From Mytilus edulis (lineage: Eukaryota): a stretch of 64,000 nt of DNA. This document shows positions 53,001 through 64,000 of this stretch, one piece after another (the stretch's first letter is position 1; each line of letters opens with the position of its first letter). The stretch covers positions 26,040,001 to 26,104,000 of the forward strand of contig NC_092346.1 in assembly GCF_963676685.1 (NCBI RefSeq), in the 5' to 3' direction. Made by a program: the position numbers and the translations under genes. The notes under the pieces were generated by a model. That model was not told the DNA's origin, ran no database searches, and worked only from the letters and a program-made list of their open reading frames with translations.

Positions 53001-56000
53001 ACACGACAGTAATATGAAATAATCTTGAACAATGACAATGTAACCCATAAAAATGTGTTGAAAGAACATTAATGTAACTGGTTATTTATAATAAAATACC
53101 ATTGACACCTATGTCAAACTGATCAGACTTTATTTCCTCTATTTTGTGCAATACCTTGTGTATTTCTTTATCGTCTCCCATGATTTCTTGTAAGACACTT
53201 GACTTCAGTTCTTCATGAAGACGTTTATTTTCTTCAATGAGTTCACTTAATCTGGCTCTCATTGCAAACAGCTCATCCTAAAAGAAAACAATATTAACAT
53301 TTTAGTACAATCTCAACATTTACAAGTTATATATTTATCAGTATAAACTCAACAAGACTTTTTCTAAGTTTCTTTTGTGTCATTGAGTTTAATATTGATT
53401 TTCACAAAAACATTTTTTTTTACTTCTGAAAATTGAATTCATTAGCTAGTTCTCTCATAAATATCTGGTCACTGATGCAACCTCAGATAGACAGGACAAC
53501 AATTACATTCCGTTAAAATTTTGCATTTTTTATTTAGGTATGCCAGGACAATTTTTCCGTTTCGTTTTTAAGGTTTTGCTTTTAAAACACCACAGAAATT
53601 TTGTGAATGTTTCTTAATTTCTGATTTTCAGTATTAAAGGTAGCAATACACAGTTAGGAGTTTAGTTTCGCATTTTGGCCCCGGTGGATTTTTCAAATAG
53701 GAAAGTTATTGTGTAATAAAATTCAGTTTTAGACAGCTGAGTGCTAATTTAGCCTTCAAAGATGGTTTATAAGAGCATCAAGATTATTTTTTACATGTTT
53801 TATGGGCTGTTTTCTGTTTGACAATCCGTATTTTCATGGCTAGATCGGCCATCCGTCCAGAAATTAATGTAATGTTTACAAATACTTTTTCTCTACAAAA
53901 AGTTTTTGACGCAATTTTACAAAAAAATCAGTTAAAGACATATGATTTTCATTGGATTTGCTGAATGATATATGTACACAGTTTCAGAAAAGGTATTACT
54001 TCAAGCGATTGAAATTCTACTTTTAGCCAAATTTTGGGGAAATATGTGACATTTTAAGACTTTTCCCCCCCTTTTTGCAATATTTTATAACAAAGAAATG
54101 CATATTGTTGCCATGGATACACCCAAAAGAAATTATATTTTACCATTTTAAATACTGGATATATAATCTATGGAAGATTCTGATTACATACATATGCCCA
54201 CACAAACAGTAAGGTTGAAATTGCAAGAAAGAAATGAAAAGGGGATGGTAAAATTTATAAGGGCAAATTTTAATATTTTTTCCTAACTGTTTATTGCTAC
54301 CTAAAGGCTTTTCAATTTGATTCATAGTTTGTACGTGGCATTTAGTATCATTATTTGTTGAAATTGAGAATAGAAATTGGGAATGTGTCAAAGAGACAAC
54401 AACCTGACCAAAGAGTAGAAAACATCCAAAGGCCACGAATGGGTCTTTATTACAGTTAGAAAATCCTGCACCCGGAGGCGTGCTTCAGGAGGCCCCCTTA
54501 ATTAGTAAACATTATAACTTCACCTTGCAGTATCTATTTTCTGATTCTAGTTGATACATATAGTCTGTCTGTGTCTGTACAATAACTGCCAACTCCTCTG
54601 ATGATGGCAACCCTGCCCTCTGACCTGGACTCCCTGATGATGGCAACCTCTACAAATTAGAGAATGTTATCAAACTTTACGTGTATAAATATATAAAAAG
54701 GTGTATGAATAAAAGAAGATGTGGAGATCTTAACAGTCACATAAATTAAAAATGTTAGATTTGAAATTCAAGTCATACAGGTACTGGTCAACTTTATATA
54801 TTCATGGGTGGTAGATCTTTAATAGTCTATATCAAATAAACTACCAGTACCTTTTTAGTCTTGGTTTGAAAAGTTTAAAGTCTTATATTTTTTTTTGGTG
54901 CAATTAAACTAGATTTTAATCTTTATTCAAAATAAAAGTTTAACAGTTACATGTACATGTAGAACTATTACCGGTATACATGAAGTATAATTATAAATTA
55001 ATGCTTCAATATTTTTTTTTGTGACCATATAACTTGGCTTCCTACAGTAGTTTAACGTAAAGTTAAACAGTCTAGTTTATGTTTTTGAACTTGAACTAAC
55101 TTACCTGTGGTTCATGACCCAAGATTTGGTTGAGTTGACTAGCTGCATCTTTATACTTTGTGGGGCGATTATTTTCTTCATACCATTTTAAAGTACGAGG
55201 ATGTAACACAGACTCTAGCTGGTGCTTAGCTTGAGATTGCAGTGTTGTATGATGTGAAGTTCCTTGTAAAATATCCTCTAGTTCATGCAGACTTACATTT
55301 GCTCTGTCTAAAACCAAAGACAAATAATTTACATACTTTATTATATGTGTGACTAACTACTAAAAGCTATTTCAAAATAACTTTTCCAGATACATCATTG
55401 TCTTAACTGATACATTAAACTGGGAAATATTTGCAACGATTTATTTTCTCTAATCTCATGAATATTAAGACAAAAATTTCTGGATCCCTTACTTCATTTT
55501 TAGCATAAATCAGAATAAGGGACAACAAATGGGGAATATTACAATTTTCTGCCTTTGATTCAGGATATACATAGTATGTTAGAAATGTTTTAAAGGAGTA
55601 GATTTTTTTTTTTTAAATTAAATTATAACAAATTCATAAAGTCATAAGACTTGCTATATACAAGACATGTACCATGTGAGCCAAGGCTCCCTGTTAAGTT
55701 ATGAATGACGTACTTTGGCCAATAATGGTTGGCAAAGTGACTTTGATGGAGAGTTGTTTCATTAGCACTCATACCACATCTTTTAATTTATAGTTTAATA
55801 ATATTTATAGGTTTCATAACGAGTGAGCATTAGATATCGATTGATATCAACTCGAGTAATTTAATTTCAATAATAATAAACGAGCCTATGGCGAGTTTAT
55901 TATTATTGAAATTAAATAACGAGAGTTGATATCAAGCGATATCTAATTCTCACAAGTTGTTAAACCTATTTCTCTTATGGCAAAAAGTTGTATGTGCGTG

Positions 56001-57585
56001 ACCTATTTGTTGCGAGTTGTGTTGCTACAGCCGTTTTTCGTTGCAACGTGTACTGATCTGTATACTTTTTGAACTAATATGGTTTTATTTTATTGTGTTG
56101 TATGTTCTTGTGTGAACAGAATACTGTTCCATTGACTCCCAGTCAGATATATCTTTTTTTATATTTTTATAGGTTTCATAACGAGTGCACGGGTTCCTTT
56201 CTTTATTTCTTTGTCCATGATAAGATTTATATTAGATAATGCAGACGAAAATTGCGAAAACCGGAAGTAAACAATCAGTTGTCAAGAAAAAAAGTAGTCC
56301 CGGCATGACCTTTTCCGGTGAATAATGACCTGATCAACGGCCAATGAAAATATTGGAAATTTACAAGATAAGCCAATCAAATTAACGTAATTTTGATATC
56401 ACTTTTTCATATCACACTCCATACGGTGTGATACGAAAAATATCTATTCACGTGGGTGTTAGATAACAGGCCCCAACCATAAGAGAAGTATTTCTCTTTT
56501 TTTTTGTAAGTGTCATTAAATGCTATCAATCAAGTATTTTTTCCCTCAGTATTGTTATTTTTTAGTTGTTTAATATGCGTAATGGTATATTTTCATGTTG
56601 CCCCTTGTGGGTCCTTTATTTATGAATAGAGTATATACTTTTCGATTCTACTGTATAATATAAATATAAAACATTTATAAATAAACCCTTCTTTAAATTT
56701 TATATTATTTTGTTGTTATTAAAATGAATGTTTCAGAATAGTCTTTAATAAATTAATTACAGTGCTACATTTTGTTGAGTTCAGCAGCAAAATATATCTA
56801 TGAGTATGTTGTCAAATTATTAATATAATATCATGAAATCTTTGATATATGTTTTTAAAATTCTTTTTCTTCTTCTTCAGTTACAGAAAACCATCAACAA
56901 ATACATACTTTCTGGCACATAAATTTGTACAAGCTGGAAGAATTTTTCCAAATTTTATAATTTATTTATAAATACTGTTTAACATAGTTTGTCAAATTTT
57001 TGTATACCATATTTTTTGTTATGTTACATATTTGTTATATTAATTAAGAAATAAATTAATCCAAGATGAAATTTATTGTCATTATTGACCGTAAAAAATG
57101 GGTTCATAAATTGGTTGCTTGCAATATTCTGTATAATAAGAAATTGAAAGCAGCAGGATCAATTTTGTGTAGACTAAATTTTTATATGAAATGCAAGATT
57201 TTCTTCTATGCATAGCTTTGCTACAAAAAATGTAAGAGTGTAGTTTCCTAATGAAACATGTTCATACATGTCAGATTTTTTTTTAAAAGTTATAAATTTG
57301 CTAATTTTTGTTACTTTCTGCATGAAGCTGTGCAATTATAAACAGTACTATAATAATGAAATGCTCCCAAAATAAGGACAACACAGTAATGTTATTATTG
57401 AGGGTTCTAATTTTTTGTTTCCAAGAGAAGATAAACGATACAGTACTCAGTAGTCTGGCAGAGGGGGCCTACATTTACTAAATAAACGATATTTTAAAGC
57501 CTTGGGCATACAAAACTATTGAATTTGCACCTCTCACTGATCTGTGGTAATTTTCTACAGCATCTTCATCTGTATATGCATACAT
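41081..57585 (-). CDS. SDCCAG8: Serologically defined colon cancer antigen 8 homolog (centrosomal coiled-coil protein), 16 exons, 712 aa
   Basis: Exons (minus): 57585-57531, 55307-55105, 54649-54524, 53277-53155, 52448-52371, 51784-51720, 51280-51131, 50368-50230, 47689-47537, 47093-46959, 46447-46331, 46103-45975, 45386-45254, 43899-43782, 43008-42834, 41320-41081; all GT-AG, phases consistent, 2139 nt. Recognisable segments: YHRSVRDRANVSLHEL, QTDYMYQLESENRYCKDEL, LTRERDELM, REDEAYGQMK, QNRLIGKLREEC, HDRVHKKMTERL, QSRLMKDRQLL. Confidence 0.88.
41642..41862. mobile_element. Small MITE, TIR GGGTCTCATT
   Basis: GGGTCTCATTGGGG...CCCCGAATGAGACCC; GTCATA near both ends. Confidence 0.6.
43212..43500. 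mobile_element. Hairpin-containing MITE-like element
   Basis: TTGCATGAATATTGGGGAATATTGTCCC...GGGACAATATTCCCCAATATTCATGCAA (43215-43322), followed by TTATTGTATAGCAATATAATAT...ATATTATATTGCTATGCAATAA. Confidence 0.65.
44583..44817 (-). mobile_element. Internally deleted copy of the 355-bp retrozyme (hammerhead core removed)
   Basis: Matches 48220-48261 then jumps to 48347-48533; the deletion begins just after TACGCCAGACG. Confidence 0.8.
48110..48212. repeat. Perfect ~36-bp inverted repeat (centre of a fold-back MITE) next to the retrozyme array
   Basis: TTATTGAACCATAAAACTAATTTTTGACTCTTCACATT / AATGTGAAGAGTCAAAAATTAGTTTTATGGTTCAATAA with inner ATAATCCGC-TTC-GCGGATTAT. Confidence 0.8.
48252..48295 (-). 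ncRNA. Type I hammerhead ribozyme (intact)
   Basis: Minus: GCGUCA-CUGAUGA-GUCU uaugu AGAC-GAAA-C gcgc G-UC^UGGCGU; stem I GCGUCA/UGGCGU, stem II GUCU/AGAC, minimal stem III with palindromic GCGC loop; predicted cut between 48258 and 48257. Confidence 0.9.
48607..48650 (-). ncRNA. Type I hammerhead ribozyme (intact)
   Basis: Same as 48252-48295 except stem I 5' arm GCGUUA (one extra G-U pair); predicted cut between 48613 and 48612. Confidence 0.88.
48811..49787. mobile_element. TIR element (CATACCTGTCAAC) nested in an older MITE (~48746-49910)
   Basis: CATACCTGTCAAC...GTTGACAGGTATG; the flanks rejoin as CAAAATGTT|GTGATTGG; outer TIR AATACACCGTTTTAGAATCTAA / TTAGATTCTGAAAAGGTGAATT. Confidence 0.7.
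51334..51512 (-). mobile_element. Retrozyme fragment (second subfamily) with partly decayed hammerhead at 51370-51413
   Basis: Core CUGAUGA and GAAA plus stems I and II intact; stem III reads C-GUGC-A (mismatch, CpG-type decay). Confidence 0.75.
53638..54302. mobile_element. Second copy of the AGGTAGCAATACACAGTTAG-TIR element
   Basis: Same TIRs; internal similarity (TTGTTGCCATGG..ACACCCAA, AAAGGTATTACT) to the reverse complement of 1869-2517; TTAA on the left. Confidence 0.8.
55807..56490. mobile_element. Hairpin-containing MITE-like element in SDCCAG8 intron 1
   Basis: About 70-bp imperfect inverted arms at 55808-55968, followed by TTCTCTTATGG...CCATAAGAGAA. Confidence 0.6.
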
Positions 57586-57627
57586 TTTCACAAATATGAC
57601 ATGAGTGGTTTTTCGTTTGTTTTCTTT

Positions 57628-57686
57628 TTACCGGAAGTTGTCGGCCTGAAATAAATCATCCAATCAACGACCCCGTTACAATTGGC
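57628..57686. promoter_or_regulatory. Putative SDCCAG8 promoter: ETS/GABP site plus two CCAAT boxes
   Basis: ACCGGAAGT at 57630-57638, CCAAT at 57660-57664, ATTGG at 57681-57685, 45-100 nt upstream of the SDCCAG8 ATG. Confidence 0.45.
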
Positions 57687-58768
57687 AATACATAAATGCA
57701 TTTCCTGTGTATTCAATGATCTATTGAAGCGTGAAGAAATGATAAGTCACTGTCATATTTTCTGCATAGTGAGCAATGCAGTTATCATTTCTTGAAAATA
57801 TGTAGCAGGAATATTTTCCTCAGCAAAGTGAAATATAATGACATCGGTAAGAAATTAGTATTGACAGTAAAAACATCAACAATGTTGCTGAAGTTCAACT
57901 TCGTCTGCTATAATTTTAAATGAGTCATTTGGTCTGCAGTCAATTTTTTGTCAATTCGGTAATGACAAAACAATTATGTATGAAATTGTTCTATTAGCAT
58001 TGAATATTACATACATTTGAGTCAGTTTTGACTCTCCTATCAAGAAAAATTTCTGCAGCTTGAAATTATATCGGTTTTGTTTACCTCTTTGCTTCATTGT
58101 AGTTCTTATCAAAATATCAATTACAATGTAAACAAATGAATATGTAAACATGTTGTGTAATTTGTGTAATTATCAAAGGGATAGCTACCCAACAATGTCT
58201 ACTGGTAAAAAAATGTAATCACAAACTAATGGTAAGAATATTACACAGAATAAACACTAATTAATACATAACATAATCTATATACATGTATCATATTATG
58301 TACAATTGTACACATTAAATATTCATATACCTATTAATACTGCAATTTGTTTGTGCTGAATTATCCAACTAGCTGAAAAAGGAGCTTTGGCTTGGAAAAC
58401 ACTGTATGTAAACATGCACTGTCCGCCACTGAAAAAAAAATTTCAACAAAGTAAGAGTCTTTAAAAAGAAGATGATTGCTTATGGTTTACTGTATAGATC
58501 TATACTTACACATGTATAGAAAATAACATCTTCAAGGTAATTTTATGAACATGATACATTGGTTATTATTTTGAACTCCTTAGTCCTGTGAAATTATTAA
58601 CTAGGACAGCTTTAGCCTAGGCATACAGCATGCCAGTGGCGGATCATGGGGGTCTGGATGTTCAATGCATTTGAATAGTGACATGTAGTTGGACACCCCC
58701 TACCCTCATTTTCAAATGGCTGGATCTGCCCCTCCATGCACACGTAGGTGCAGATTGGTCTATAAATA

Positions 58769-60010
58769 GCTTTTCCCATCACTTTGCGTCCGTCGTCGTC
58801 CGTCGTTAACTTTTACAAAAATCTTCTCCTCTGAAACTGCTGGGCCAAATTTAACCAAACTTGGCCACAATCATCATTGGGGTATCGAGTTTAAAAATTG
58901 TGTGGCGTGACCCCGCCAACCAACCAAGATGGCCGCCATGGCTAAAAATAGAACATAGGGGTAAAATGCAGTTTTTGGCTTATAACTCAAAAACCAAAGC
59001 ATTTAGAGCAAATCTGACAGGTAAAATTGTTTATCAGGTCAAGATCTATCTGCCCTGAAATTTTCAGATGAATCAGACAACCCGTTGTTGGGTTGCTGCC
59101 CCTGAATATGTAATTTTAAGGAAATTTTGCTGTTTTTGGTTATTATCTTGAATATTATTATAGATAAAGATAAACTGTAAACAGCAATAATGTTCAGCAA
59201 AGTAAGAATTACAAATAAGTCAACATGACCGAAATGGTCAGTTGACCCCTATAGGAGTTATTGCCCTTTATAGTCAATTTTTAACCATTTTTCGTAAATC
59301 TTCGTAATCTATTACAAAAATCTTCTCCTCTGAAACTACATGGCTAAATTAATCCAAACTTGGCCACAATCATCTTTGGGGTATCTAGTTTAAAAAATGT
59401 GTGGCGTGACTCGGCCAACCAACCAAGATGGCCGCCATGGCTAAAAATAGAACATAGGGGTGAAATGTAGATTTTGGCTTATAACTCTGAAACCAAAGCA
59501 TTTAGAGCAAATCTGTCTTGGGGTAAAATTGTTTATCAGGTCAACATTTATCTGCTCTGAAATTTTTAGATGAATCGGACAACCCGTTGTTGGGTTGCTG
59601 ACCCTGAATTGTTAGTTTTAAGGAAATTTTGCTGTTTTTGGTCATTATCTTGAATATTATTATTGATAGAGATAAACTGAAACAACAATAATGTTCAGCA
59701 AAGTAAGATTTACAAATAAGTCAACATGACCGAAATGGTCAATTGACCCCCTTAGGAGTTATTGTTCTTTATAGTCAATTTTTAACAATTTTCATAAAAT
59801 TTGTAAATTTTTACTAACATTTTCCACTGAAACTAATGGGCCAAGTTCATTATAGGTAGAGATAATTTTAAGCAGCAAGAATGTTCAGTAAAGTAAGATC
59901 TACAAACACATCACCATCACCAAAACACAATTTTGTCATGAATCCGTCTGCTTCCTTTAATATTCACATAGACCAAGGTGAGCGACACAGGCTCTTTAGA
60001 GCCTCTAGTT
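58769..60010 (+). mobile_element. Non-autonomous Helentron/HINE-like element with ~2.3 internal ~500-bp tandem units
   Basis: (CGTC/CGT)n microsatellite near the 5' end; TTACAAAAATCTTCTCCTCTGAAACT at 58813 and 59312; 3' end AGGTGAGCGA + hairpin AGGCTCT-TT-AGAGCCT + CTAGTT. Confidence 0.75.
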
Positions 60011-63000
60011 AGGTTTACACATATGGGCACTGTAAAACCAAGTCCAACCCCTTACTTAGTCAAAAGTCATGTATGTGACAGAATTTTTGCATTTGTTCCA
60101 TTACAGAGATTCATCCTTCCTTGGTTCATTTGTACATAATACATTTAATGTCTTGAGAAATATAAAGTCATTTTATTACATGTATGTGCATAATATTGGA
60201 TCAAATATTGTGTTTAAGACTACTACTAGCATGACTAGTCTAAGGCTAGTAGAGATAATCTTGAGAAACAATACATTTGTAATTGTACCTGTACCTTGTG
60301 AAACCATTATTCTTTTGGACAAGTATAGGTTTACAGAATACATGTAACTGTAGTGTTTTGACTGTTTCAGTCCAGTAAGCTACATGTATTACCCTTAGTA
60401 AAAAAATAATTTTGCCCAATATTGAGAACATAACTTAGTAGATTTTTGTGAGTATCAAATGAAACTATTACAATTAACACATTGAATACAAGGTCAACAT
60501 TTGGTCAGGACTCATTAAGGTTTGTAAGGATCCCTGAAATAAAATAAAAGATACTGGAAACTCAGCTTCATGTATGGTACTATAAATACAACTGCAAATA
60601 TAAAACAAAAATTTCTTACATAACATTGGAAAATATCCAGCTTCCTCTGACAAAGTTGTAAGGTTATTGGCTGTCTACTGGGAAAAGACAATGACTAGAA
60701 AATTTCTTTGTAAATGTACTTGATGTTCTGTGATTGTACATTGCTTACAAATAAAAGCATGTCATTTCTGTCATACTGGATCACATCAGAAGTGTAGAAG
60801 TATCTCAGTTCTCAATCCCAAACAACTGTGTTATATAACAAGGATTTTGAAAACCTACATGAGGCAGTCTTTTGGTTATTGGTTATCTTGAGAGAAAAAG
60901 GGGCAATGGATTCAAAAGATTAATGGAAACTAGTATGTGCTTCCCAATGGCAATGCAAAGATTTGTCTTTTTCAAAATGTTAAAAAAAAAAGTGGAAGAA
61001 AACTTTTATGTATTTTTAGACACTGTTTTCATTTTACAGAGTTCTTCTACAACATTACTTTGATAAAAATCAAAGTTTAAATTTAATCCATTGATGATGT
61101 CAGAAAAAAATATTACCATGATAAAGGACGAAATCTTATTTCTAATTTGGACATCATTCACAATTTGTCTGAGTATTTGAAATAAACTAAAGAGTTCACT
61201 CAAGGTAAACTCTTACTGGTGGTGATGATTATGAATTGCATTGAAATTTAAATGTGAGTGGAGGTGACAACACTCTGAATTACGACCTTAATGTCTTTTG
61301 AATACACATAGATAAATATTTCAGAATAAATAACCCTAAATCACCTGCATTTACTGTGAGAAACCACCACAAAAGTGATTTTAATGGAATTAACTTATGT
61401 ACACTGTCATTTGACTGTATTGTGTACTTTTATGTTCTGTGATATTACATAATATTTTATCTTTAAATCAGTAAATGAATGAATTTTCTTTGTAAGTGAA
61501 AGAGGAACAAAATTATCCTGTAGGGATAAATAATTCAAACTGATATGAAAAATCAAATAAATTTTCTATAATGCACAATTTTATGCATTATAGTACATGT
61601 ATATCTTAAGGGTTTGAATTAAATTCTATATAATAAATATCGGACCTTTGAATATTGCAGGTCAAACAGATTTTTGTTGATGGATAATATTTTGTGTGTT
61701 TGATTTTTATTCCAAATCATTCATGAAACTTTTCATGAACTAAGTCATTGTGTAAGTCACACATGGAAGAATCTAATCTCTTTCACAAAAACAGAAACAT
61801 ACATGTATTATAGGTAATCTTGTAGAAGGGAATTTGCAGACGTGTTTGTTACTTATGGTAGTGATTATTTTTCAGTAATTATACAGTAGTACTATAACTA
61901 AAAGCCCATTGACTAAAAAAAACCTGACTACACGTTACAATGTATGTCTCCCACTTTTTGAATATTATTAAAAAAGGGAATAACTTTGTGAACATGAATA
62001 GTGCATCAAATAAGCTTAGAAGGCCAAACAGTAACTAGTATAGTGCAGTACCTATAACGCTTACATTCATGTCACTTGAAATGTTGCAGATAGTTGTCTA
62101 ATTGGCAATCAAACCTGCTCTCTTTATTTTTATATTGTTACTTTTTAAAGTTACATTTTAGTCCCTTTAGTGTTTTCTGATAAGTCAGTGTCAAAAGATT
62201 TTGGTATTTTGGTGCTTAAATATATACAATTGCAATGATAGAGAATACACTGCTTTGGTATGACTATCATTATGGGTGTCCAAGCAATAGAATTTCTATC
62301 GTGGAATGAACATATGTTCCTATATGTTCACAACATGTATGATGGCTGTCATTTTATAATTACATGTCAAATTATCAAAGAAATTAAAGTATACTAAATC
62401 TTATTAATTGAAAAACTATGTTTATTGAAACTATGTCATAATGCACTACATAATTTTATTCATCATACATATGTATTTATTCCTGGTCATATGGTTTTGT
62501 AATATAATGTAAAAAAAACATTTCCTTGGGGACTGACATCTGAAATTACCTATATCAATGCTGGCGAATTTTAGATATGATTTAGATGAAATATTCTTTT
62601 CATGTGAATATCAACAACCTCATATATTAAACGTAGATATGATTACATCATGGTAATAATCTCTTTTGTCTATATGCATTGTGTGTTTTGTATTGGAAGA
62701 TCTAAATGTTCAGTGAAGAGGAACGGTAATTGCCGATAAGAAAAGGAACAAACTGTTGATAGTATACTTGTTTAAAATCTGATAATCTTGACAAATATAA
62801 AGATTAATGAATGGTTGAGTATTTCTGTGTCAAAAGGCCAGACTTTTTGTTGGTGTTGAAAAGGCGGAATTAATGCGTTGAATACCTATATTATTATTAT
62901 ATGTAAAAAAAAATAATAAGTCCTGTTTCCAGAACAATATTGTATGTAGGTTTCTCACTAAGGTCAGTTCATGGGTCCTTGTTCTTTTATCTCTTAATGG

Positions 63001-64000
63001 TATTGGTGTCTTCCTCCATCTTGGATTGTAAAAAACAGAGAATCAAAGGTCCATATTTTCTATCAAGCTAGCAAAATTTGATGCAGGAAAGCAGATATTT
63101 AATGTAAATTTTCATTTAAAAGAACCAATTTATAAGATTATAACTTATAAATATTAATATTTTTGCAAATGTTGATAATTTTTGGTTGTTTTTAATTTTT
63201 TTTTTAAATTGGCATTTAAAGGGGAGGTAACTCTAAAACAGTGCATTTTCTGAAGGATTCTACATGAAATTTTCCTATTTTGTATTTTAACCGGAAATAA
63301 CGTACGGTGACCATATCTTTTCTTTTGATATTCTCAAAACATTGTCTGAAAGCCATCTTTTCCTTAAGTATTTAACAATTCTATCATTTTGTTTAGTTTC
63401 TAATCACAAAATGGTGTTTTTTCCTGTATAATCCATACAAAATGTGTCATTTTGTCACGGTCTGTAGCTTGAGAAAATGCGCGGTGACCTATCGTTTTTA
63501 TTATATTTTTGAACATTTATTTATCAATAGATACTACGTTTTGGCAAAATATGAACAAATTCTATCATTTTTATTTTAGACTCCCGTACCACCTTAAGAC
63601 TGAAATAATAAATTATACAGCAATAAAAATTTCTTCTTCTAACTGTTGGACTCGCCTTCCAAAATTCTAAGTAAGAACCCTGGTATGAAAAAAAAATAAT
63701 GTAGTTCAAATACATGTATACATGTACAAAATGTATACATGTATGATACAGGCAGTTCAATTTAAAAAAAATGTTTTTATGATTTCAATTGGATACTGAG
63801 CAATTACGTATCTTTTGTCATCAAAGTTGGGGTGTTAAGATTAACATTGAAGTGAAGGGTATACAATTACATCATGTACTGTACATGTTGACATTGAAAT
63901 TAATGATGTCTCTCCCCCAACACCATAGGTCCTCCAGCTTATATGATTATGGAATTGAGTCATGATATTTTAAAGTTACACCTGTATTTATTGTGTTGAG

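Noticed and set aside
60069-63760. Short ORFs at the right end of the window
   Set aside because: Composition mirrors the AT-rich background; no consistent exon chain or homology recognised.

Overview
AT-rich, intron-containing animal genomic DNA. The repeat content and ribozyme-bearing ~355-bp repeats suggest a Mytilus-like bivalve (inference). Four multi-exon genes can be rebuilt by hand with consistent splice phases: ependymin-related gene A (minus, 5 exons, 192 aa), a GH65 PGGHG/ATHL1 glucosidase (plus, ~12 exons, ~751 aa, one GC-AG intron and an in-frame duplicated acceptor), ependymin-related gene B (plus, 5 exons, 192 aa) and SDCCAG8 (minus, 16 exons, 712 aa). There is also an orphan single-exon ORF, a doubly frameshifted B-box + beta-propeller (TRIM/NHL-like) pseudogene, Gypsy and LINE relics, many MITEs and fold-back elements, and a Helentron-type non-autonomous element. 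The most notable non-coding signal is a set of type I hammerhead ribozymes from at least three families. It includes a tandem pair 355 nt apart, in sense orientation within an SDCCAG8 intron, which is the layout of a non-LTR retrozyme able to release a unit-length, circularisable RNA. An assembly gap lies at 5657-5846.
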